Part shown: piece after piece, positions 10,601 to 20,900 of the stretch
Layout: every line of letters begins with the position of its first letter
How positions within the stretch are numbered: the stretch's first letter is position 1
Assembly (NCBI GenBank): GCA_027923505.1
Contig: BROI01000031.1
Span: 248,001-285,051, forward strand
Direction of reading: 5' to 3'
Origin: Mayamaea pseudoterrestris
Taxonomy: Eukaryota
Length of the DNA stretch: 37,051 nt
The notes under the pieces: generated by a model
Databases searched by the model: none
What the model was told of the DNA's origin: nothing
What the model saw: only the letters and a program-made list of their open reading frames with translations
Translations under genes and position numbers: made by a program

Positions 10601-11492
10601 ATTTGTTGAAGGCAAGGAGAAGCAAAAGATTGTGGTGGAAACGCAGTATAATACGTTGAAAGAGTTGCACTCAATTTTTGATCGATGTGACGAAAGCGAT
10701 GATGACGATTATGTCGGGAGTTCGGATTTTGAAAAGCTTACACAAGACTTGCAGCTCGATAATGACATGGTGCATGATATAGAATTGCTTGGAATGGAGG
10801 AGCAACAAATGCTCGCTGTCAATGACGAAGCTGACGACGTAGAAGCTGAAGGAATTGGAAGCGACATAACGATGCCACCAAAAGTTGAGACAAGGGGCAA
10901 GTGTAATTCCAACATGCCCGCTTCGACGGGTGCACCAGACGTAACTCTTGGAACGACAGAAGAAGAAGCTATTTGCTTGGACGACTCGGAGGATGAAGGC
11001 GAAAGTGGAAAGTACGAGCCCAGAGCTGCTGCTAGCATGCATGAGACTGCGCAAGGAACGGCCGTTGTTGTCGACCACAATCGGGCACCCATGGAACTGC
11101 AGAATTGCCTCTTTTATAGCATCACGATCGGTGATTCTTCTCTGGGCGTTTCGGTCGGATATTACAAGGGCCGCATTATTGTTACAGAAATCCTTTCGAC
11201 CCGTGTTGATCAGAAAGGACAATTGCGACTTAAACCAGCCGTCGGAGATATTCTAGTGTCGTTCAACGGGCAGAATTTACCCATCCTGGCCGGGAATGCG
11301 CAGTTCCAAGTGGTATGCGACAGTCTTCGACAAGCGCTTGCTCAACCACCGTTGCATTTCATTTTTGCTGAAGATCAAGCCTTTGGAGCATGGTTCGCGG
11401 ACTACCATGCCAAGAACGAAGAAAGGAATTTGGCAAAGAAGAATTCGCAAGCAGCTCACAATGTAATTAATTTACTGGATGATAACGACTAG
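7659..11492 (+). CDS. SMARCAL1/ZRANB3-like SNF2 annealing helicase; 2 exons (7659-9096, 9181-11492)
   Basis: 'LAPFQRGGVDF..GRALIADEMGLGKTIQ' after removing intron 9097-9180 (GTAAGT...TTTTAG). Also 'IVDESH', 'ILLSGTP', 'CIFAHH', 'IRIDGST', 'GVAVTLTAS..VWFAELFWTP', 'QAEDRCHRIGQ', diagnostic of the SMARCAL1/ZRANB3 subfamily. Confidence 0.92.
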   Translation: MEPKTIAALGRNEGGVVQNHHAAAATAAFADLNDSMTLNDTKKAGSPLSSTSNIAHSKEPSLSGQEEEQQQQQDISASHSAAAAAPEQSLGSTSSDLKAESDWLDEMAKEDGVNGVMGNGDDDAYKDEMEDFESSANHALDEDGRKLPASTAVTNPDDIIVLDDSDDDSDDDGASEQPDLKRQRVQSSASSSVAQLKPQQKPISVGAIQSHHHRRPSNLPPWMQQAVNALRTGYIVPGQSLSSHVHHQQQSDAIAAAERGAQEASVTNHPAAPSMHPTDNGISNANPFAATLQQPMPNAPLYMKLPSNFRPTWQHILPPTHASSLPRLADNHGSQLKRFQLSLLNVNEFSFMGLPVSSFDVRPTPISGMRVPIRQISRPYGKAEFEQDADGGKWRIPLGAYQPFYAYLCSLSNTRVEGISFRQLQIASLEKARQEKGYPTPEELIEKGVPSGLASALAPFQRGGVDFVLEKEGRALIADGKLFLLLHVPLSCGTGMNLTCVLPLPLLEMGLGKTIQGIAAIAAYRHEWPVLVLTPSSARYHWAAEFNNWLGADSEVNKADTNNQQLIRDGQVNVMTSSKDNMLPHPDTAVVICSYGLASLLVENKQIRPGRFCCAIVDESHMLKSKGSKRVKMLKPILAAANRCILLSGTPALAQPFELWPQLQILRAERFNGWDDEEDFISKYVRRCGPREKAELHTMLSSTVMIRRYKNDILKTMPKKRRAKAALHVLNYDNWIRFKELLVELRESKGQLGKLARDLEDNRSDGDTASPPHLPANQAGQLPPDLPDAYAGRCATARKHEQAFNEDNTDEKRRANVLSRLYCLTGDAKIPLVLDMLKRWLNDPTKGKLCIFAHHISVLDALQDLAGLSNEPASLNKYIRIDGSTNPKIRQEQIQAFQTDPSTKIALLGITAAGVAVTLTASSTVWFAELFWTPAIMIQAEDRCHRIGQNSRVNCLYFVAKGTLDEVLWMLLEKKFRELGEFVEGKEKQKIVVETQYNTLKELHSIFDRCDESDDDDYVGSSDFEKLTQDLQLDNDMVHDIELLGMEEQQMLAVNDEADDVEAEGIGSDITMPPKVETRGKCNSNMPASTGAPDVTLGTTEEEAICLDDSEDEGESGKYEPRAAASMHETAQGTAVVVDHNRAPMELQNCLFYSITIGDSSLGVSVGYYKGRIIVTEILSTRVDQKGQLRLKPAVGDILVSFNGQNLPILAGNAQFQVVCDSLRQALAQPPLHFIFAEDQAFGAWFADYHAKNEERNLAKKNSQAAHNVINLLDDND

Positions 11493-11572
11493 CAAAGTAT
11501 GGCGCTAAAGTATATCTGCTATTGCACTTAAATTATTATGTTAAACGCGTCAATGCCGCTCAATATAACAAG

Positions 11573-13092
11573 TTAAAGTGTATTTGCAAACGCAACAATG
11601 TGGTCAATCTGCGCCTGCACCGACGCTCTCGATGTGCCGCCGATTGAACTCTTGCGTTCGACGCTAACTTCATAGTCCCAAACAGCCATGACATCCTCCT
11701 CGAACCGCGCGTCAATCTCCTGAAGCTGTTCCAGCGTGAGCGTATCGATGCTGATGCCCTTGTCTTCGGCCAGCCGCACACAGGCGCCGCTAATGTGGTG
11801 TGTCTCGCGAAAGGGTACTCCCTTACGGACCAAATAGTCCGCCAAATCAGTCGCCAACATTTCCGGACAAAGAGCTTTCATGAGCATTTCGGGATTTGGC
11901 TTGAGTGTGACAATCACGCCGGTGGCAATCGCCACACAATCCTTAACAGAATCAACCGCAGCGAATAAGCCCGGCTTATCTTCCTGTAAATCTTTGTTAT
12001 AAGCGCGCGGTAACCCCTTCAACGTTGCCGTCATGCCAACGGCGCGTCCGAGGGCAATGCCCGCCTTGCCCCGCAGTAGCTCGAGAGCGTCGGGATTCTT
12101 CTTTTGAGGCATGAGACTCGATCCAGTCGCATATGCATCGTCAATGGTCACACCCTTGAGCAAATTTGTAATGATGACATCTTCGGCAAACTGACTAAAA
12201 TGTACCAGAAGGAGAGTATGCCACATGAGGAACTCGACTACAAAGTCTCGATCGCAAACGGCGTCAAGGGAGTTGACCGTGACGCCGTCAAAGCCAAGCT
12301 CGTCGGCCAAGAACTGTCGGTCCACTCCAAAGGCGTTTCCAGCCAAGGCGCCACTCCCCAATGGACACTGATTTGCTCGCGGAATGATTTCCTGCAATCG
12401 CTGCGCATCTCGAACAATGGGCGCCATGTGACTAAGAAGCCAATGTGAAAAGCGAATGGGCTGTGCCGGCTGCAAGTGCGTGTATCCAGCCATGAGAATG
12501 TCAATATGATCCTGACAGAACTCGGCAGCTGCGAGTAGGAACTGCTTCAAATCCTTGAGAATTTCTCGCTCCGCATCCACCGTCCAGAGACGAGTATCAG
12601 TTGCAACTTGATCGTTTCTTGAGCGGCCAGTGTGCAGCTTGCCTCCCGTTGAACCAATGAGTTCCGTGAGACGCCGCTCATTTGCTGTGTGAATGTCTTC
12701 GTCGCCCGGCTTTTCCTCAAAAGTTCCAGAGTTCCATTCCTCTGCTACCGTTTCCAATCCATTAACAATTTGTTCGCATTCGTCCTGAGTGATAATGTTC
12801 ACCTTGGCAATGGCCTTGGCGTAAGCGATTGAACCTTTGATGTCCTGCGACCACATGCGCTTGTCAAAGCTCAGCGACTCGTTGAATTTTTCCATGATTG
12901 GATCCGTTCCTCCTTTGAACCGACCACCGGCGCCAAAGAAACCTCCGCGAGCTCCTGTTGGTGCTGTTGAAGTAGTCGAAAGAGTTGTTGGAATTGTGAT
13001 GCATGAGAGAGAGCGACTTTTGGACATTCAAAGTGAACGTTTCTCACTATCATTCCTTTCTTCGTCATCAAGTTCGTACCTTGGCTGCTCAT
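11573..13092 (-). CDS. ASL: Argininosuccinate lyase; probable short exon 1 (13092-13080) and intron 13079-12964
   Basis: 'DEDIHTANERRLTE', 'LHTGRSRNDQVATD', 'GYTHLQPAQP', signature 'GSSLMPQKKNPDALEL', 'YNKDLQEDK'. ATG AGC AGC CAA G|GTACGA...TCAACAG|CA gives MSSQAPTGARGGFFGAGGRF. Unspliced alternative start at 13027. Confidence 0.95.
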
Positions 13093-13436
13093 GATAACTG
13101 ATGTTGATCCCCTTATCAGCGAGGTGCACAAAATAATTAGCAATCGAATGGTGCAAAGAAAAGCTCTTTACAGTTAGTAGCAGCACTCTTGCAACTGCAG
13201 CTTGTCGCCGGGAAGATGGCGCGGCGTTTCGGCGTCCGTCACACTTTTTCAAACGAATGTCGGAGAGGAAGCGTTCGAATTAAACTGACGGAAGAAGCGT
13301 CGCGGCAATCAAAGCGAACGCCAACGAGCTCTAACGATGCGACAGAATGACGTTTTCAATATTAATCCATCCACTCGAGCGATCAGTTTTTCCTCCATTA
13401 CCTCTCGCGTTGCCTGTCCAAATCATACGTATTAGC

Positions 13437-13865
13437 ATGTTAACCTCCTTTCTTCTTGACACTGATACAGCCAAGAACATTCTCGCGTGTTGCATGGCAT
13501 TTCCTGGCTTCCTTTGTTTAGCGGCACCTCGACTCATCCTCAACTTTTCAGTGTCTGAATCCAACAAGGATCAAATCAACGACCTTTCCATTCTTCTCTT
13601 TCGATGCTTCGGATCGCAAGCCATGCTGGTTGGAAGTGTACTGTACTCGGCCGAGCGTCTAGGCGCGTCGGGATTTCAAGCCTTTGCAGCTGCCATGCTT
13701 CCTTACCTTGCCTTTAACAGTGCTGGATTGCTTGGCAAGGCCGGCATGGAAGTAAAGACACTTCCAAATCTTTGCGATATGTTCAACAACATACTCATGC
13801 TGGCTGTTTCCATGACGGGACTTGCACTGAGTGCAACAGACGACGAGAAAAGGTCTTTGGAGTAA
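13437..13865 (+). CDS. Small multi-pass membrane protein of unknown function
   Basis: About four hydrophobic segments and a motif-like 'LLFRCFGSQAMLVG...F..AMLPYLAFN'. Start uncertain (in-frame ATG at 13437 or 13347). Confidence 0.6.
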   Translation: MLTSFLLDTDTAKNILACCMAFPGFLCLAAPRLILNFSVSESNKDQINDLSILLFRCFGSQAMLVGSVLYSAERLGASGFQAFAAAMLPYLAFNSAGLLGKAGMEVKTLPNLCDMFNNILMLAVSMTGLALSATDDEKRSLE

Positions 13866-14117
13866 GAGTGAGTCATTGAGTGAGCGAGCCAGGAGCAACG
13901 TGCCAGAGACTCTATGGTGAAACTTGGTGTGCCATGGCTTATGTATTGTTCGCCAAATAAAATTGTAAATAACGCAACCGCGGTTCTTTTAAACGTTGAC
14001 TATGCAAACTACATTCCTATTGCCTGCCTGCATCGCAATATAAAAGCCACGTGCCCGTTGTTGTAGCAGCCGACGCAGCAAGGCAAGACTACTTCGTGGT
14101 TCGCAACGTGACACCCA

Positions 14118-15623
14118 TCATTCATCATGTGCACCGCCAGCGTCATCGTCGACACAAAACATGGTAGGCATCCAATCTAGTATAGCTTTATAGTCGTGCT
14201 CGAATTGTTCGATGTCACTATTGACTAGCTGCACCCAACCAGCATCTGTCCGGATATCAATGGTTGGCTTGAGAAATTCACCAGGTTGAAAGTTGCCGTA
14301 AACTTCCCAACTAGCAACGCTCGGCAATGATGCGAGTTCGTCCAAATATCTTACATCTCTGAGCGTTCCAGTCGCATAATTAACAAGATGCACCATGCAC
14401 CCACTCGCGCGTAAAGTCGGCAAGTTGGGAAAATTCCGCCAACTTTCCTCGTCGCCCAACATGGCCATCAACGTCATGTCTAATGCATTGTATCCTATGC
14501 ACGCCATGACTAGTGGCAAAAAGTCCATGTTGTGTTGACGACAATTTACTTCCACCAGTACTGGTCCACGGTCCGCTGTCACAATGACTTCATTGTGTGA
14601 CAATCCCCAACGAATTCCAAGCGCTTGCAGCGATGCCTTGACGTACTCAACAACTTTGTTGACATTGTCATCCGAATCGCAATCCACAAGATTGGTTCGA
14701 AAATAGCAAAAAGGAGCTCCATTGGCTGGTCTCTTGTCGTACTTCCAAACTGCAGCCACCTTGTACTCGCCGTCTCGCGCCACAACGTCTACGGCGTATT
14801 CTTCGCCTTCCAAAAACTCTTGGACCAGGACGGTTGAATGCTGCTCCGCAGATCCAAACACTTTGGTTGATACAATCTGATTCCAGGCGTCGGTTGTTTG
14901 GTCGTCGTTGCATGAGACATGGACTGACTCGGTTGCGACGCCTCGATGTGGTTTGACGACGATTCTAGATGCTGGATTGCGCATGAGCAAGTCTCGGCCA
15001 AATCCTACAGCTTCCTGTAATGAACCGCACAGTTTCTGCTGCACCGTCACAAGTCTCGCTTCATGAACAGCTTGGTTCATAAGGTATTTGTGTCTTCTTG
15101 CTTCCATGCGTGGCGGATCGTCTTGACAAGAAACCATCAGCTTCTCGCGCAACCATTCGGCATCGTCCAAACCGGAATCTGACTCGCAGTAAACGCCCAC
15201 GAGGGGCAGCCCATGAAGCCCTTCCTTCCATTCCTTCAACTGTTCGTCATTTTGGGCAAGCCGGGCGTTAAACCAGCGAGGATTATCTGGATCCGTCGTT
15301 TGCAAATAATGGCGCAGGTAGTTGGAAATTGTAAACACTAAGGCAACGTCAGGGTAGTCTTCCTGGACTTTGCGGGCCAAATAAAGACCATGGTATTCGC
15401 AGAAACAATCCATCAGTATCAGCGCGCGCGTAGGATATAATGATCCAACCTCGACGATGGGCGATGGCGCTGGACGAAAGGAGGACTCATCGTTGTTGCC
15501 GCTGCCGCCCCGAAGGCAAAGTGATGTTTTAAATGACGTTTGAGATGTCGTCAAACGATGCTGAAACCATGCAGAGCAGTCGCGAGAGAGATACAGAAAG
15601 AGTAGAAGACATATTCTACTCAT
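14118..15623 (-). CDS. ATP-grasp ligase (L-amino-acid-ligase-like) with N-terminal signal/transit peptide
   Basis: 'RRHKYLMNQAV', 'IVVKPHRGVATESV', 'LVQEFLEGEEYAVD', 'WGLSHNEV...GPVLVEVNCR'. Start chosen at MSRICLLLFLYLSRDCSAWF (15623). An upstream in-frame ATG lies at 15686. Confidence 0.85.
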   Translation of the reverse strand: MSRICLLLFLYLSRDCSAWFQHRLTTSQTSFKTSLCLRGGSGNNDESSFRPAPSPIVEVGSLYPTRALILMDCFCEYHGLYLARKVQEDYPDVALVFTISNYLRHYLQTTDPDNPRWFNARLAQNDEQLKEWKEGLHGLPLVGVYCESDSGLDDAEWLREKLMVSCQDDPPRMEARRHKYLMNQAVHEARLVTVQQKLCGSLQEAVGFGRDLLMRNPASRIVVKPHRGVATESVHVSCNDDQTTDAWNQIVSTKVFGSAEQHSTVLVQEFLEGEEYAVDVVARDGEYKVAAVWKYDKRPANGAPFCYFRTNLVDCDSDDNVNKVVEYVKASLQALGIRWGLSHNEVIVTADRGPVLVEVNCRQHNMDFLPLVMACIGYNALDMTLMAMLGDEESWRNFPNLPTLRASGCMVHLVNYATGTLRDVRYLDELASLPSVASWEVYGNFQPGEFLKPTIDIRTDAGWVQLVNSDIEQFEHDYKAILDWMPTMFCVDDDAGGAHDE

Positions 15624-15817
15624 CTCAGCAACTGCTACCGATACGAGACAAACATTGGTGGAGCCGCGCCAACTGCCACCTGCCACCGTTCACCATGGCC
15701 GAAACGATGCCAGCCTGTCACGCCTCGTAGCGGTACCCAAGATGTCAAAACCGCTACGACAGATATACACGTCGCCCTCCTCATCAATCGATATCCACTT
15801 TCACCGTGACCATCACC

Positions 15818-16604
15818 ATGACCACAAGACGCCGCTTTATTCTGCTTTACCTGACATGCTTTCGCGCATGGACATGCCAGTCGTTTATTGTTGACGTTGA
15901 GGTTTCTAAAGATCGACGCTGCAATGCTAAAAAGCTTGCTGCAGAAGCTAACGGTCGAGACGAGACGCCTGTTCGACAGTTGACGTCTGCGGCTACTTCC
16001 ATGCTTGTCTTGACGATTCCAATCGTCGCTGCAGCAGTATCTGGGGGAGGACTAGATTATGCAAATATTGATATTACAGGTCAAGACTTTTCGAATGGCA
16101 ATTACAAGGGCAAGGACTTTACGCAAGGTATGTGTATGTGCGAATGTGCGAATGAGGGGATGTGCGGATGTGTGGGAAGAAACGATTGCTGCATCCTTAG
16201 TGTACAGACAGTCGATAGTGATAAATGCCACATACCAACGTTGATCACTTTCATTGCCGTTTATATTGTCAGTCATTGCCAAGGCAACGACGTTCGCCAA
16301 CAGCAACTTGCAGGGTTGTCGCTTTTACAAGGCCTTTCTCGCACGAACCGACTTTTCAGGCGCTGACCTACGTGGCGCATCTTTGGAAGACACGAGTATG
16401 GATGATGCCATTTTGAAGGGTGCAATCGCATCTGGAGCCTACTTTGGAGCTAGTATACTTGACGTTGCGACGCTGGAGAATGCTGACTTTACAGATGCAC
16501 AGATTCCTTTAAAGATTCTTGTACAGCTCTGCAACAGAGATGACGCTACAGGGACGAATCCAGCGACCGGTGTGGATACCAGGGATTCGCTCATGTGCCC
16601 ATAG
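15818..16604 (+). CDS. Thylakoid-lumen pentapeptide-repeat protein (TL17-like); 2 exons (15818-16127, 16273-16604)
   Basis: Intron 16128-16272 (GTATGT...TGTCAG) joins GKDFTQ-V-IAKATTFANSNLQGCRF. Pentapeptide repeats (TDFSG ADLRG ASLED) and C-terminal 'LC..A.GTNPATGVDTRDSLMCP'. N-terminus has a signal peptide, a transit region and a second hydrophobic stretch ending AAA. Confidence 0.9.
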
Positions 16605-17025
16605 CAAATGACTGCCAGATATTGTTGACTACCGGTACAGTAACGGTAGAAGGTGTGGTGGTCCAAGTGATGAGAGAGCAGGCGTTGTTACCAGGCTCCA
16701 CGATACCAGCACTGTACGATGGTCCTTTTTACTCGTAGGCTATTAACATATACTTACACAATGAGCCTACCTTGGCATATGATGTACTAAATCACATGGT
16801 AGTACCGTATACATATAATATATATACCGAACCGGCTTGCGTTTCACTTCGTTGCACGAAAGAAACAGCTGTGCGAGACATTCGTCGTAGAAGTAACGGT
16901 ACGACTCGACACTTGTTGACCACACCGCCACTGCACCACGGAAACGCTGCATTCAGAACGACAAAAGACAACGATAAAGAGGATTCGATACTTGTGCGAT
17001 TGAGTGTGCACTCACTTACACAAGA

Positions 17026-17780
17026 ATGAACGATCGATCGGTATTTATGAGCTACAAAAGTAGCAAAACAGTTGCGGCTGAAACGGTGCGGCTGCCTCAT
17101 TGCTTGCAGCAGCAGGGGTTTTGTCACTCTTGCGCACTCGTCTTGGATCGCTTTCGCTCCATTTTGCCCCTTACTTTGTTTTCCTCTTTCGTTAAATCTC
17201 ACAGGTCTATCAGTTTCTTCATGGTGCACTATACGGTGGAGTTTGGGGCTTGGTATGTTTCTGTGCACGTGCATTTCATCGACGCGTCAGTCAACGCTTA
17301 ACGCACAAGCCTCTCCTTTGCCTCTCGTGGGCATTTGTCTAGGTCACACCATTTCCAGCACCTGGATCAGCAGCCGCATTAAAGGAAGCAGCAACAGGCG
17401 TATTTCGACCTGTACCTCCATTTGGCTCAGTATCAACAGGTAGGTGAAGAATCCATACTCCATGCGTCCATACGCGCTCATGCATGCATCATGCACAGCC
17501 ATTGACGTAATGTCATTACATTCTCATCCCTTTCCAACGTGCAGCACCCTCCAATGCTATATTTTTTGGATCGGTTCTTGCAATACAACGCTTTTCAGCC
17601 AAGAGTCTTGAGTTGATGCGTCAGACGGAGGACGTTTACAACGACTTGTTTGGCTTCGTCATGATATATCCGTATTACACATCTATTTTAAATCACTCGG
17701 AGCGTCGATTAATAAGACATAATCGAGCTATCGGGGGAGCTGTTCTACTTGCTGTCATTTACGCGAATGTCTTGGCGTAG
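17026..17780 (+). CDS. Four-exon ~146 aa membrane protein, Tim17/Tim22/Tim23/Pmp24-like (exons 17026-17085, 17205-17252, 17343-17439, 17545-17780)
   Basis: Three GT-AG introns (119, 90, 105 nt) with pyrimidine-rich acceptors give one continuous frame: ...VYQFLHGALYGGVWGL...SNAIFFGSVLAIQRFSAKSLELMRQTEDVYNDLFG...GGAVLLAVIYANVLA*. It has a Gly-rich TM1 and an R-x-x-x-D-x-x-N loop typical of the family. Confidence 0.75.
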
Positions 17781-17990
17781 CAGGCGTGTCGTAGCGAACG
17801 ACAAGTTCCTTATTTGATACAGCAAGTAGCAAGTACATATAAAGCGTTACGTCGTATCACATACATTAGTAATATCTACTACCAGAAATAATCATACAAT
17901 ATTGTCCTTCATTACACACACTATTGTTTCTCCTCGATGCGCAACCGCCGCAGCGGAATTAAGTTGCCGTCATTGCCGATCAACAATCTG

Positions 17991-20900
17991 TCAATTATCC
18001 TGATGCACCGTTGCCTGCTGCAGCATCGCATTCGATACGCTGCGTTCCTGCGAACGATCCGACAATTCCAGGATCGAAGACTGCTCTGATGACGGGAGTT
18101 GCATTTGACCGTTTGCAAGAGCATTCACTGCGTTCCCTTGAGCTCGCCGCCTACTTTCCGCAAGCTCCGAGCGTTTCTTTTCCCAATCTCTTTGCAACTG
18201 CTCCAGACGACGCGATTGATCGACCTCCTCTTGCGCCAATCGCTTCTCGTAATCAGCCTTTTCCTTTTCATGCTTTTCAAGAGTCTTCTTGTGTTGTGTC
18301 TCTCGCTCCGCCAGCGTCCGCTGCAGACTCTGCATGCGATTGTCATACACCTTCTTGGTGCGCTGCAAATTCTTTTGGAAATCCTCCTCCAACTTTCGGA
18401 GCTCCTCGTCCATTTCATTGTCCGAGACATCGCTGTCGATATCTACATCCTCAGACTGAGTCGGCGATATAGGCCCGGTCGATCCATTCATTGAAGGCGA
18501 ACTGGCAAGCGTGCTTTCCATTTGAGAGCCCGCTGTTTCGGAACGTTCGACTACTTTAGGAGGAGCACCTTGAAGAATCGGTGGCGCGATTACGGGACGA
18601 AAGCTGTCTAATTCGCCACTTGCAAACGTCCTCGACTCACCATTACTACCATTAGGATCAACATGATTGGCAGCAAACGGCAATTCCGGCACCCATTCGT
18701 TATTTGTGATCAAGTTACACTTTGTGGCGCACACTTCCGCTTGTGCATCCGGAGGACGTAAATCTCTCGGATCTGTTTCCGCGTTCAACAATGGCGGCGC
18801 CAGCTGCATAAGAGGAACATTTCTGCTCAACGAAAGCGCCGCTGGAGTGGGCACCTGAGCGTCACCAGACGTGGGTATTAATTGTGGTGGCATTCGCTGC
18901 TGCGTTAACGTCTCTATAGCATGCGGTAGCAGCGACGCACCATGCGGGTGAGTTTGCAAAGTGATCTGTTGTGGCACATGCTGTTGTGACTGCTGCATTT
19001 GGCCCGGCATAGAAGGAAAAGGAGGCTGCTGGGTTAGTGTCAAAGCAAATTGCTGATTACTTGGTGGTATAGTCTGCTGCTGCTGGGCATGGAATTGCTG
19101 TGTGGGGGTTTGCTGCTGCACCTGCAATGGCGGCATCAATATTGGCTGCGGTGCATGGAGCTCCGCTGGTCGCATCTGCTGCAACGTCACTGGTGCTTGA
19201 ACCTGACTATGCGGCAACTGCATAAGTGGGATCGACTGGCGTGCCTGCATTTGGGATTGCTCGTACGTCTGGGCCGGCCTTGAAGCCAATTGATGCTGCT
19301 GCGGTACCTGAACTTGCGGATGCACCATCTGGTGGTTCGAACCTTGGAACAATGCACTCGGATTGGTCCGGGTATTTGTTGACGTCGGTTGGGTGCCTTG
19401 TACCGGTAATATCTGAGAGATTGAACCTGGTATGTGACCAGAATGCTGCAGTAATGGTGAACTTAACTCTGCCGGCCTCTCCCATTGCTGGGACCGGGGA
19501 TGATTTTCCACAAACTCGCTCGCTTGTCCGGCCGTTGCAAGTCGCGACTCATTCCTCCGAACGTTAAACGACTCCACTTGCATTCTCGCCGTACGAGCAA
19601 GTCCACTGATTGTCTGGCTAATTTCCAAAATGGCATCGTTCGGTATGTCAAGTTCCTGCACCATCTCCTTCGCGACTTGCACCGGATCATCTTCGATAAG
19701 ATGAAAATCGAACTGCACATTTTGCGTTTGACCATCGACTGGCAGAGTCACAATGAGCTTTAAAATATCGTCTGGATAAGGTCGCACACCAGGATCCAAA
19801 GGACCGACAACAGCGGCCGCCACCAAATACTGCTTATTACGCTTGAGAACTCCAACTGGTTGCGCCAATGTTGCCGGCATTGACTGGACCGAATGGGCAT
19901 TCAAGCTTTGATCACCAACACAGTTCGTTGCACTTTCTGACTTCAAGTCTTGCAACTTATCCTCTAGTTCATGGCCACGGCCCATCATAACGGTCACTCG
20001 TCTGAAGTTTGTTTCGCATTCTGGCATTTCATCAAATCGATCGCCATCGTCGTCATCCTCTAAGTGCGTAGGCGCCACCTGCTGAAGGGACCGTAGAGGA
20101 GGAGTTGTTGAACGGCCGCGCTGCTGAGCTTGATCCAGTTCGGATTGACTCGTTTGGTGACCCGACGCTGACGAGCGATTCTTCATAGGAGTTGCGTCTA
20201 ACTGCGACGTTGAATACGATGACTCGCCAGCCTCCAAAATAACACTTTCCCGGAGTGGTGGACGCACCAACACTTCATCGTCGTCGAGACCTTCGCGGAT
20301 TTCAAGAAATGGGTGCTGCAAAAGCTCAATCGCCGTGGGTCTTATATAATTGCCGGAATCGTCCTTGTAACCGAGACACTGCTTGACAAATTCTCTCGCA
20401 TGACGACTCTCCAACCGTTTCAAGACCTCGGGGGGTTCCCCAGCCGAAACCTTCTTGTAAATTTGGGCTGGGTTCATGCACTCTGAGTATGGGATCTCCT
20501 TGGTAAAAATCTCAAGCAGCACCATGCCAAAAGCGTAAATATCCACCTTGACATCGTAAGATCCATCCTCATACATGTCCGGCGCCATAAATTCAGGTGT
20601 ACCAAGAACGCTCAGTACTCTTCCATTCCTGTGTACCGTGCTCAATCCAAGGTCACCGATACGAAGGTCGCCCGAGGTGCCATTGATGAAAATGTTCTCA
20701 GCCTTCAAATCACGGTGAATCACTGGAGGATCCTGTGAATGAAGGTACTCGAGGCCTTTTAATATCTGCGTGGCCCATCTTTTGGCAATCTTCCACCGAA
20801 TAAGCTGGACCTTGTTGATAAAGCTCTTGAGCGTGCCTGACGAAAGTATCTCCGTTACGAAATTGACCTCTTGTCGTTCTCGATTGACCCATGAGCCATG

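Noticed and set aside
16772..17443. ORF-track ORFs 16772-17029, 16792-17274, 17026-17301, 17072-17443
   Set aside because: Better explained by the spliced four-exon gene 17026-17780. These ORFs run through introns or are antisense.
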